Source of the DNA: an uncultured Syntrophomonadaceae bacterium
GTDB lineage: Bacteria > Bacillota > Dethiobacteria > DTU022
DNA length: 24,629 nucleotides
Assembly (NCBI GenBank): GCA_964585625.1
Contig: CAZPET010000002.1
Coordinates: forward strand, 1 to 24,629
Direction: 5' to 3'
Shown here: piece by piece, positions 8,103-16,244 of the stretch
Numbering within the stretch: position 1 is the stretch's first letter
Layout of the letters: every line of letters starts with the position of its first letter
The notes under the pieces: model-generated
Told to the model about the DNA's origin: nothing
The model's input: the letters and a program-made list of their open reading frames with translations, nothing else
The model's database searches: none
Program-made: the position numbers and the translations under genes

Positions 8103-9638
8103 CTAATTGCCGCCGATCTGCGTCTCCCTGATGTAATCTTCAACAGTATCGCGGTCACTGTAAGGGAGAGTCTGCTCCCCGATGATCTGGCACTCTTCGT
8201 CTCCTTTCCCGGCCAGCAGCACCATGTCCCCCGGCCGGGCCATGGCCAGAGCATGGAAGACCGCCTCCCGCCGGTCGGGAATAACGAGCGGCGGACAGCG
8301 CATCCCTTTCTTGATATCATCTATAATTGCCGACGCATCTTCTCCGGCGGGGTTGTCGGTAGTCAGGATCACCTCGTCGCTGTAGAGCTCGGCGATCCGG
8401 CCCATCAGCGGCCGTTTCCCCCGATCCCTTTCTCCGGGACAGCCAAAGAGGGTGATCCGCCGGCGGGCCGGCCGGGTGAAAAGCAGTTTCAAGACCTGCT
8501 CCAACCCGTCGGGGGTATGGGCAAAATCGATAATCACGGTAAAGCCGGCCCGGGTTTCGATTTCCTCAAAGCGTCCCGGCACCTGCCGGAGTCCATTCAA
8601 CCCTGCGGCAACAGCTTCCGGAGCCAAACCTTCTTTGCGAGCTACCGCCGCTGCCGCGAGGGCATTGTAGACATTGAACTTCCCCGGCAGCTTCAATATT
8701 ACCCGAAAAGTTGTGGGCCACCCGAGCAGGTCAAAGCTGTAGAGCCCTGTTTCTGTTCGTGCAACATTAACTGCCCGCACGCCGGCCGCTGCCGCCCGGA
8801 TCCCGTAGGCCAGCCGGGGCAGCTCCGCGGCCCGCGCCTCCAGCTCACTGTGGTAGCGGTCATCGGCGTTGAGTATTACCCCGCCGCTCGAATGTTCCTT
8901 CAACAGGTTCATCAGCATACTTTTAGCCGCCAGGTATTCCTGCATATTGTGGTGGTAATCGAGGTGTTCCCGGGTCAGGTTGGTATAGACCACACTGTCA
9001 AACAGACAGTGAGCTGCGCGGCGCTGCACCAGGGCATGGGATGAAACCTCCATGGCCACAACTTCCGCTCCCTGCTGCAGTGAAAAATGAAGGTGTTCCT
9101 GCAAATCCAGCGATTGGGGAGTGGTCAAATCAAACTTTCGCCTGATTCCGTTTACAATAAGGCCGTTGCTGCCCAAAATGGCAGTCCTGTGACCGGCAGC
9201 TTCAAAGATACTGTCAATAAAATAGGTGGTCGTGGTCTTTCCATTGGTGCCGGTTACACCGATCATTTTCATCTTGCGGCTTGGAAAACCGTAATAGCAT
9301 GCTGCCGCCGCAGAGAGGGCCAGGCCGGTATCGTCCACCGTAATGACGGGGATCCCGTTTTCCTCCAGGCCGACCGGGCGGGAAACAACCAGGGCCACAG
9401 CACCCCGGCGAACCGCCTCGGCCGCATAATCATGGCCGTCGGCTTTTCTCCCCGGCAGGCAAAAAAAAAGGGTGCCCGGTTTTACTTTCGCCGAATGATA
9501 GGCCAGCCGGGCGATAGGAATTGACTCCAGGCGCTTTTTTAGCTCCCGGCCGGCAAACGGCTCCAGCAATGTCCAGGCATTAAATCCTTCGCTGGAATAC
9601 CCGTCATTTTTTTCAGTGTAGAACTCACTTCGTTTCAA
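8103..9638 (-). CDS. murE: MurE-family UDP-MurNAc-dipeptide:diamino-acid ligase with L-Lys-type DNPA motif
   Basis: GVTGTNGKTT P-loop, MEVSSHAL, TNLTREHLDYH, FNVYNALAA, GRFE, DFAHTPDGL, FGCPGERDRGKRPLMG, DNPA, AGKGDE. TTG start position uncertain. Confidence 0.9.
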   Translation of the reverse strand: MKRSEFYTEKNDGYSSEGFNAWTLLEPFAGRELKKRLESIPIARLAYHSAKVKPGTLFFCLPGRKADGHDYAAEAVRRGAVALVVSRPVGLEENGIPVITVDDTGLALSAAAACYYGFPSRKMKMIGVTGTNGKTTTTYFIDSIFEAAGHRTAILGSNGLIVNGIRRKFDLTTPQSLDLQEHLHFSLQQGAEVVAMEVSSHALVQRRAAHCLFDSVVYTNLTREHLDYHHNMQEYLAAKSMLMNLLKEHSSGGVILNADDRYHSELEARAAELPRLAYGIRAAAAGVRAVNVARTETGLYSFDLLGWPTTFRVILKLPGKFNVYNALAAAAVARKEGLAPEAVAAGLNGLRQVPGRFEEIETRAGFTVIIDFAHTPDGLEQVLKLLFTRPARRRITLFGCPGERDRGKRPLMGRIAELYSDEVILTTDNPAGEDASAIIDDIKKGMRCPPLVIPDRREAVFHALAMARPGDMVLLAGKGDEECQIIGEQTLPYSDRDTVEDYIRETQIGGN

Positions 9639-9679
9639 CTTATTTTCAGCACCCCCTTTGCAAACCTTTATTTACAAGC

Positions 9680-10555
9680 CTATGGCAGGTATTTTAGCGG
9701 ATTCACATTTTCACCGGCGGCATGAATCTCAAAATGCAGGTGCGGTCCGGTGGTATTGCCGGTCAATCCGATATAACCCAGCGTTTGCCCCGGTGAAACC
9801 TGCTGGCCTGCCGACACGGCGGTCTTGCAGGCATGGCCATAGCGGGTCAGGTAACCACCGCCGTGGTTTACCTCAATCATGATCCCGTAGCTCCCCCGGT
9901 AGCCGGCATGGGTGACCCGGCCTCCGGCGGCGGCATGGAAAGCGGTGCCGTAAGCGACGGCAATGTCAATCCCGTAGTGAAACTTCCCGTTACGCCAACC
10001 GTAACCGGACGTCAGCCTTCCCTGCACCGGCCAGTGAAATGATACTCTCTGTGAGCCGCGGGAATCAACCCCGCCGGGGACAATAACTCGTTCTCCTCTG
10101 GGCAATGCCGCCGGGTCGCTGATCTCATTTGCCTGTAAAATGGTTGTTTCATCGACCCCGTAAGCGGCGGCAATGGCTTCCACCGTATCGCCTTCTTTAA
10201 CATCATGGATACAGCCAACCACGGTCAATATCTCCAGGCGATCCCCGGGGTGAATCAGGGCGGGGTTGACAATATCATTCAACCGGACCAGCGTATCAAC
10301 ATCGGTCCCGAAGCGTGCCGCGATCGTGTAAAGGCAATCCATCGGCTCAACAATATACTCCAGAATTTTCGGCTTGAGGGCCTCTTCTTCACAGCTTTTT
10401 GCAGCTGTGAAATCCTGCAACTGCAAATAATATAACGGCACCTCACCAGATTCGCCATCTTCTTCAAGTTCCGAAGCAGAAGCCTTTTCCACATGGCCGA
10501 GACAGGCCAGCCCTACGATCAACGCTACCGTTGCTGCTTTTAAAAGACCTGACAT
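9680..10555 (-). CDS. Exported peptidoglycan endopeptidase: signal peptide, 2x LysM, M23 domain
   Basis: Hydrophobic N-terminus with ASA cleavage-like site; two LysM repeats (GDT/DCL..IA..YG); M23 Zn motifs HYGID and HLHFE. SD AAGGAGG. Confidence 0.9.
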   Translation of the reverse strand: MSGLLKAATVALIVGLACLGHVEKASASELEEDGESGEVPLYYLQLQDFTAAKSCEEEALKPKILEYIVEPMDCLYTIAARFGTDVDTLVRLNDIVNPALIHPGDRLEILTVVGCIHDVKEGDTVEAIAAAYGVDETTILQANEISDPAALPRGERVIVPGGVDSRGSQRVSFHWPVQGRLTSGYGWRNGKFHYGIDIAVAYGTAFHAAAGGRVTHAGYRGSYGIMIEVNHGGGYLTRYGHACKTAVSAGQQVSPGQTLGYIGLTGNTTGPHLHFEIHAAGENVNPLKYLP

Positions 10556-10588
10556 GGTTGATCCTCCTTAACAGCAGGGTATAGAGCA

Positions 10589-10640
10589 TATTTTGCTGTG
10601 CAAGGAGTAAAATTATACATTTCATGCCATGAGAGGTAAA
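10589..10640 (-). promoter_or_regulatory. Overlapping sigmaA- and sigmaG-type promoter candidates for LysM-M23 (and possibly murE)
   Basis: TTTACC (10640-10635)-N17-TATAAT (10617-10612); GTATA (10618-10614)-N18-CAAAATA (10595-10589) against GHATR-N18-CATWHTA. Confidence 0.5.
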
Positions 10641-10683
10641 CGGATGGTGAGAGATTCACTTTATTCAAGTGATCGCAAACAGG

Positions 10684-11967
10684 CTAGAATGTATACATGT
10701 TGCTTAAGAAATCCTCGTTGTTCTTGGTCTGTTTCAGCTTGTCGAGCAGCATCTCGAGGAATTCAACGTTTTGAGTATTCCCCATTGCCCGCCGCAATGC
10801 CCACATCAGCTCGATCTTGCGCTCGTCGAGGAGCAGCTCTTCGCGGCGCGTTCCGGAACGCGAAATATCAATGGCCGGGAAAATTCGCCTCTCGGAGATC
10901 TTGCGGTCCAGGTGCAGCTCCATGTTGCCGGTTCCCTTAAATTCTTCGTAAATTACATCGTCCATTCTGCTGCCGGTGTCAATTAAAGCAGTGGCTATGA
11001 TGGTCAGGCTGCCTCCGCCGTCAATGTTCCGCGCCGCCCCAAAAAAGCGCTTCGGTTTATAAAACGCAGCCGGGTCAATCCCCCCCGAAAGTGTCCGGCC
11101 GCTGGGAGGGATCACCAGGTTGTAGGCGCGGGCGAGGCGGGTAATGCTGTCCAGCAGAATGGCCACATCGCGGCCCTGCTCTACAAGGCGCTGGGCCCGT
11201 TCCAGGACCAGTTCGGAAATGCGGATATGGTTTTCCGGTTTCTGGTCGAAGGTGGAGCTGGCCACATCAGCTTTTACGCTGCGCTCCATATCGGTGACCT
11301 CTTCAGGACGTTCATCAACCAGCAAGATGATCAGGGTAACCTCGGGATGATTGGTAGAGATGCTGTTGGCAATCTGCTTGAGCAGGATTGTCTTTCCCGC
11401 TTTCGGCGGAGAGACGATCAGGCCCCGCTGCCCTTTGCCGATGGGGATAAGAAGATCGATAATCCTGGTGGAAAGAATGTGGGGTTCTGTCTCCATCCGC
11501 AGCGCTTCACGCGGATGCACCGGAACCAGCGAGGTAAAGTTGGGCCGGCGCGAAAACGACTCGGGATCTTCATCGTTGATCGACTCGACCAGCAACAAAG
11601 CATTGTATCTTTCATTATCTTTTGGAGGCCTGATCTTTCCAGCCACCATATCGCCGGTTCGCAGGTTGAAACGGCGAATCTGTGACGCAGAAATATAGAT
11701 GTCATCATCAGAATAACAGTATTTGTAGCGGCGCAGAAATCCGAACCCGTCGTTCATAATTTCAAGGAGACCGGCCGCGGAGTCATGTTCTCTTTCTGTT
11801 TCGATTTTCCCTCCGTCCTCAGAAGTATAATCATCTGAGGTGAGGACACCGGTTAGCGCCTCAACCAGTTCCTGTTTGCGCATTGTTGAGTGACCCCTGA
11901 TGGCCTTTTCCCTGGCCAAACGGCGCAGTTCACTTAGTGTTGAATTTTTTAATTGGCTTGGCTCCAA
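10684..11967 (-). CDS. rho: Transcription termination factor Rho
   Basis: Rho N-terminal helical domain, GFGFLR RNA-binding motif, [42 protein letters not shown]. Confidence 0.98.
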   Translation of the reverse strand: MEPSQLKNSTLSELRRLAREKAIRGHSTMRKQELVEALTGVLTSDDYTSEDGGKIETEREHDSAAGLLEIMNDGFGFLRRYKYCYSDDDIYISASQIRRFNLRTGDMVAGKIRPPKDNERYNALLLVESINDEDPESFSRRPNFTSLVPVHPREALRMETEPHILSTRIIDLLIPIGKGQRGLIVSPPKAGKTILLKQIANSISTNHPEVTLIILLVDERPEEVTDMERSVKADVASSTFDQKPENHIRISELVLERAQRLVEQGRDVAILLDSITRLARAYNLVIPPSGRTLSGGIDPAAFYKPKRFFGAARNIDGGGSLTIIATALIDTGSRMDDVIYEEFKGTGNMELHLDRKISERRIFPAIDISRSGTRREELLLDERKIELMWALRRAMGNTQNVEFLEMLLDKLKQTKNNEDFLSNMYTF

Positions 11968-11982
11968 TTTGAAACACCACCC

Positions 11983-12039
11983 TTACTCTTGGATTGGTAT
12001 CAAAATATGAAAATCAAGTAGAACAGTCACTCCACGCAT
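11983..12039 (-). CDS. Candidate 18-aa leader peptide upstream of rho (MRGVTVLLDFHILIPIQE)
   Basis: GGAG-6nt-ATG; the TAA stop lies 15 nt before, and in frame with, the rho TTG. Too short for the ORF track; unverified. Confidence 0.3.
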   Translation of the reverse strand: MRGVTVLLDFHILIPIQE

Positions 12040-12329
12040 GATCATCTCCGTTTCGTTTCGGGGACGGCGTCACCGGATAACAGGAAGTCAGCAGGCAAAA
12101 GGGGTTTAAGCGTCGCCGCTTGGCCGGGTGCCGGCGGTAACTCCCCACACAATTCAGGTCAGGATCATCACCACAAGCGCACGGCTGCAGAGAAGATTCA
12201 ATCATCAGCACCGCAACCGGTCAGGGAATGTCCTGGCGGGGGAAGCTGTCACCAAGGGTATTATTCGCATTATCAGGATATACGTACACTTTGCATTAAC
12301 GGGGGTATATTCAAAACCTTTCTCATGAA

Positions 12330-12359
12330 AATTATGCTCTTTTTGAGGAAAACTTATTC
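12330..12359 (-). promoter_or_regulatory. Sporulation-type (sigmaG/sigmaE-like) promoter candidate facing rho
   Basis: GAATA (12359-12355)-N18-CATAATT (12336-12330), about 360 nt upstream of rho. Confidence 0.35.
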
Positions 12360-12473
12360 CAAGCGCAGCGCAGCATCGGAAGCCGGGCCGGCGGTTAAAA
12401 CGGCTTGCATTGTTATGATTCGCTACTGTATCATTATTTCCTGCTTATTGCAAAAAAATAAATGTGCGGTTAA

Positions 12474-12505
12474 TGTTATGATTTGTGCGGCTCTGTACCA
12501 TACTA
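12474..12505 (+). promoter_or_regulatory. Promoter candidates for the PBP gene: sigmaG-type plus extended -10 sigmaA-type
   Basis: TTATG (12476-12480)-N18-CATACTA (12499-12505); TGTTATGAT at 12474-12482 and also at 12411-12419. Confidence 0.45.
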
Positions 12506-12538
12506 TATTTCTAATATGGATTGGGGAGAGCGGTTAAC

Positions 12539-14539
12539 ATGAACTATTTTCGTGGTTTTTTAATTGTCTTTATTGTTTTGTTGCTGAGCATATCCGGAAG
12601 TTTTGGCTACCTGGTCTATACTATCGGGGAGATGGAGCAGCTTCCGGAGCCTTCACCTCCTTTGACCACGCGGATTTACGATTGCCGGGACGAACTCATG
12701 GCGGTCCGCTATGAAGAAAACCGCGTTGAGGTTCCCCTGGAGCGGGTTTCCGAATATTTGGTCAATGCCACGCTTGCCGTGGAAGACCGCCGGTTTTACC
12801 GGCATCACGGATTTGATCCGGCCGGCCTGGCCCGGGCGCTGCTAAGCAACCTTAAGGGAGGGCAGACCTCTCAGGGCGGCAGCACCATCACCCAGCAGCT
12901 GGCTAAAAATCTGTTCCTGTCGCATGATCGCACCTTGGAGCGAAAATTTAAAGAGGCTCTGTACACCATTCACCTGGAGAGCCGTTATCATAAAGATGAA
13001 ATCCTGGAAATGTATTTAAACACAATCTACTACGGTCACGCCGCTTACGGAGTCGAAGCCGCCGCTCAAACCTATTTCGGCAAATGCGCCGCCGATCTTA
13101 GCCTGGGTGAAGCGGCGCTCTTGGCCGGACTGCCTAAAGGCCCCTCTTATTACTCTCCCCACCTCAATCCGGAAGCGGCGGAGCAGCGCCAGAGAACAGT
13201 CTTGAGCCAGATGGTTTCCGCGGGCTTCATTGATGAGGATGAGAAAGAAACGGCCCTGCGGGAACAGCTGGGTTTCCGGGAGCTGTCAGATGAAGAAAGT
13301 CCGGCGTATTTTCTTGATTACGTGATCAACACCGAGCTCGCTGAATTATTTAACGGAGACTTGAATCCTGTTTACCGGGACGGCTTAAATATTTATACCA
13401 CCATTAACCCGGATATGCAGCAGCTGGCCCAGGAGACCATTGCCGGAATCCCCACGCTGCGCCTCGATGAAAATGGAAAGAGACAGCCCCAGGGGGCGCT
13501 GGTGGCCATTGAGCCGGATACCGGCTATGTCAGGGCGATGGTGGGGGGGCGCGACTTCAAAGAAACAAGTTTAAACCGTGCTTTGGCCCTCCGTTCGCCG
13601 GGTTCTACTTTTAAACCTTTTGTTTATGCAGCGGCGCTTGAAAACGGCTTTACCGCGGCGGACCTGGTCAGCTGCGAAGCTGTTACTTTTAACGAAGCCG
13701 GCCTGGAGGAGCCGTATACGCCGACAGATTTCGGAGGAGGCTTTCACAACCGGGAGCTGACCATCCGTGAAGCGCTGGCAAAATCGTGCAATATTGCCGC
13801 GATCAAGGTGCATGATCAAATCGGGAAAGATAAAGCGGTGGAGATGGCCCGTCGGCTGGGTATCTCCAGCCCTTTGGGAGCCTACTTCTCACTGCCCCTG
13901 GGGACCGGCGAGGTATCCCTGCTCGAATTGACCGCTGCTTTTGCCACGTTCGCCAACGGAGGCTTCCGCATCGACCCCCTGGTCATCCGTAAAGTTGTGG
14001 ATCCGCAGGGAAGGGTGCTGCTGGAGAACCGGCCGCAAAAAGAGCAGGTTCTGGACCCGGCCATCGCTTTTTTGATCACCGATATGCTCAAAGGTGTCCT
14101 CGGGGAAGGAGGCACCGCCAGTGCCGCCGGATCGATTCTAAACCGCCCCGCGGCAGGCAAATCGGGCACCTCTCAGGAGAGTAAAAATGCGCACATGATC
14201 GGTTATACGCCGCAGCTGGTAGCCGGTATATATGTCGGTGACGATTACGAGAAACCGATTGATTTTTCAGGAGGAGGCGCAGCCGCCCCCCTGTGGGCCT
14301 GGTTCATGAAGCTCGCCTTGCAAGATAGCGCTGTTCTCGATTTTGAAGTTCCCGGGGGAATCGTCAGCTGCTCCCTCTGCCCGGAATCGGGATTGCTGCG
14401 CAGCCCTTTCTGCCCGGAACCGCTCAAAGATGAATTTTTCATTAGCGGAACTGAACCGGCAGAAGAGTGCCGCCTCTGCCGTCCTGCTTTCTGGTGGCCC
14501 TGGCTCCCCTCGTTAAAACATTCACCCGCTCTTCCTTAA
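12539..14539 (+). CDS. Class A bifunctional penicillin-binding protein (PBP1A family, PbpG/YwhE-like)
   Basis: Single N-terminal TM; GT51 motifs EDRRF and GGSTITQQLAKNL; transpeptidase motifs STFK, SCN, KSG. ATG 12539 with SD GGGGAG. Confidence 0.93.
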   Translation: MNYFRGFLIVFIVLLLSISGSFGYLVYTIGEMEQLPEPSPPLTTRIYDCRDELMAVRYEENRVEVPLERVSEYLVNATLAVEDRRFYRHHGFDPAGLARALLSNLKGGQTSQGGSTITQQLAKNLFLSHDRTLERKFKEALYTIHLESRYHKDEILEMYLNTIYYGHAAYGVEAAAQTYFGKCAADLSLGEAALLAGLPKGPSYYSPHLNPEAAEQRQRTVLSQMVSAGFIDEDEKETALREQLGFRELSDEESPAYFLDYVINTELAELFNGDLNPVYRDGLNIYTTINPDMQQLAQETIAGIPTLRLDENGKRQPQGALVAIEPDTGYVRAMVGGRDFKETSLNRALALRSPGSTFKPFVYAAALENGFTAADLVSCEAVTFNEAGLEEPYTPTDFGGGFHNRELTIREALAKSCNIAAIKVHDQIGKDKAVEMARRLGISSPLGAYFSLPLGTGEVSLLELTAAFATFANGGFRIDPLVIRKVVDPQGRVLLENRPQKEQVLDPAIAFLITDMLKGVLGEGGTASAAGSILNRPAAGKSGTSQESKNAHMIGYTPQLVAGIYVGDDYEKPIDFSGGGAAAPLWAWFMKLALQDSAVLDFEVPGGIVSCSLCPESGLLRSPFCPEPLKDEFFISGTEPAEECRLCRPAFWWPWLPSLKHSPALP

Positions 14540-15147
14540 AGAAGAAACGGATTGCTGCGCGCTTCTGTTTCGATCGTGGTGGCCGGGCCGTGTCCTGGAT
14601 ATACCACGGTCTGCGGCGGCAATACCATCAACTTCTCTTTAATACTGCCGATCAAGAGCGTGTAGGAGCCGCCGGCAAGATCGGTCCGGCCGATGGAACC
14701 GGCAAAAAGAGTGTCGCCGGTAAAAACGACCCCGTCGCCATAAAGTGAAATGCCGCCCCCGGTATGGCCGGGGGTCTCAAGAACAGCAAGAACCTTCCGG
14801 CCAACAGGGATCTGCTCGCCTTCTTTGAGCAGACGGTCAGGCTGTACCGGTTTGCCGAAGAGAACTCCCAGCCCGAAGCCGGGGTTGCAGTATATTTCCA
14901 GATCCTTCTCAGGCAGCAAAAGCGGCGCCCGGAGGGCCTCTTTCAACCTCCCGTTGGCCCCGGTATGATCGATATGCCCGTGAGTGTTGACAATTCCGTT
15001 TATTTTTAGCCCGCTCTTCTCAATTTGATGCAAGATCCGCTTTCCTTCCGCACCTGGATCGATAACAATTCCCTCCCCTGTATCCGGACAGCTGACCAGG
15101 TAACAGTTTGTGGCAAACATGCTCACCACCAGTGCCTGTACATGCAT
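14536..15147 (-). CDS. MBL-fold metallo-hydrolase, glyoxalase II-like (YqgX/YcbL type)
   Basis: TNCYL, IDPG, THGHIDH, TPGHT, FTGDTLF, PGHG. SD AAGGAGG. Confidence 0.9.
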   Translation of the reverse strand: MHVQALVVSMFATNCYLVSCPDTGEGIVIDPGAEGKRILHQIEKSGLKINGIVNTHGHIDHTGANGRLKEALRAPLLLPEKDLEIYCNPGFGLGVLFGKPVQPDRLLKEGEQIPVGRKVLAVLETPGHTGGGISLYGDGVVFTGDTLFAGSIGRTDLAGGSYTLLIGSIKEKLMVLPPQTVVYPGHGPATTIETEARSNPFLL

Positions 15148-15287
15148 CCCACTTCCCCCTCCTTGCTAAACTATTAAACGCTCTTCACACGCTTGGTGAC
15201 GCTCAAGTCTAGTTTATTTTCAGCCCCGGTAGGGTAATGAGATCCTTCGCTGCGCTATTCAAAGCCTATTTTTAAATAGCTCCGTTG

Positions 15288-16217
15288 CTAATCCGTTCCA
15301 ACCTCCAGGAGCATGCGGACTGCCGGTAATATATCGGTAAGATCGCGGAGCAGGGGAGCGATCTTTCGCCTGACCGCATCTGCTCCGATCAACAGGGCCG
15401 GAACTTCATTTAGAGTATGCCTGCCGTGAGAAAGATCTTCGAGGTTTCCATGATCGCTGGTAACAATAAGGAGCGTCTGCCCCGGATCAAGATGTTCTGC
15501 TGCAGCGCCGAGAAAGCGATCCAGCGTGCTCACCACCTCGCTGGCCTGCTCCCGGCCGGCGAGGTGCCCGGCATAATCGCTCAAAAAATATTCAAAGAGA
15601 GAGAAATCAAAATTCCTGCCGATATCCACCAGCCTTTGGCCGGCCTCCTCGGGAGTGATCTCGGGAAGGGAGAAACCCATCTTGTTTAAAAGCTCATTGG
15701 TCAGGTCCATATAAAGGGCCTTCCCGGCCTTCAAATCATCGAGGTTGTAAAAGTGGAGCCCTCCAAAGAAGGTGATCAGGGTTGAACAGGAGTGGCGCCA
15801 CCCGGGAAGCCCCTCCTTCAATTTTTCAAAAAAAGGCGGGCGGTAGGCATTGATAAAGGCACAGCGGTAGCCCTCCTCCCGGAGAGAGGCAAAGATCCCT
15901 TCCTTTGCCAGGAGTTCACGCAGGAAACGGTTGGGAAATCCGTTCAGGTGATAGCCGAGCCGGCGCGGCGCATTTGTTCCGGTAAAGATCGTTGCCTGCC
16001 CGGTGGCGCTCTGCGGCAGCCCCGCCACGCCCAGACACGCATCGAGCCCCAGCAGCGTAACCCGTCCATCGTGAAACCCGCTTATTTCCCTGGTCAGCGG
16101 GTTCCCCCGGAACAGCGTTTTAAAAAAGGGTGTTCCGGTAAAGACAAAAGGGTTCTCCGGAGCGATTTCTCCCAGGCCGACTCCGTCGATAAAAACAATA
16201 ATGACACGCAAACACAC
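15288..16217 (-). CDS. Alkaline-phosphatase-superfamily metalloenzyme (iPGM/phosphopentomutase-like core)
   Basis: Metal-ligand pattern IDGVG ... QSATG (nucleophile Ser) ... DYAGH ... SDHGN ... HT; only 309 aa. Confidence 0.75.
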   Translation of the reverse strand: MCLRVIIVFIDGVGLGEIAPENPFVFTGTPFFKTLFRGNPLTREISGFHDGRVTLLGLDACLGVAGLPQSATGQATIFTGTNAPRRLGYHLNGFPNRFLRELLAKEGIFASLREEGYRCAFINAYRPPFFEKLKEGLPGWRHSCSTLITFFGGLHFYNLDDLKAGKALYMDLTNELLNKMGFSLPEITPEEAGQRLVDIGRNFDFSLFEYFLSDYAGHLAGREQASEVVSTLDRFLGAAAEHLDPGQTLLIVTSDHGNLEDLSHGRHTLNEVPALLIGADAVRRKIAPLLRDLTDILPAVRMLLEVGTD

Positions 16218-16244
16218 TCCCCCATTTTTCTCCGGTTACCGCAC

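Noticed and set aside
8043-9044. 333-aa plus-strand ORF
   Set aside because: Antisense shadow of murE; no recognisable motifs; expected in GC-rich coding DNA.
10655-10672. TCACTT/AAGTGA hairpin after rho
   Set aside because: AT-rich 6-bp stem with no U-tract; not a credible intrinsic terminator.
12014-12211. 65-aa minus-strand ORF in the rho leader
   Set aside because: No SD, Cys/Pro/Arg-rich composition typical of non-coding GC-rich sequence.
12150-12212. Box C/D-like words (GTGATGA..CTGA, CTGATGA) on the minus strand of the rho leader, suggesting a K-turn
   Set aside because: The flanking helix needed for a K-turn does not pair; no SRP, 6S, T-box or riboswitch core motif recognised.
9640-15224. 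11-mer GCTGAAAATAA (minus strand) upstream of both murE (9640-9650) and the MBL gene (15214-15224)
   Set aside because: At murE it lies 2 nt from the start codon, so it cannot be a promoter; only two copies in AT-rich spacers, so chance is not excluded.
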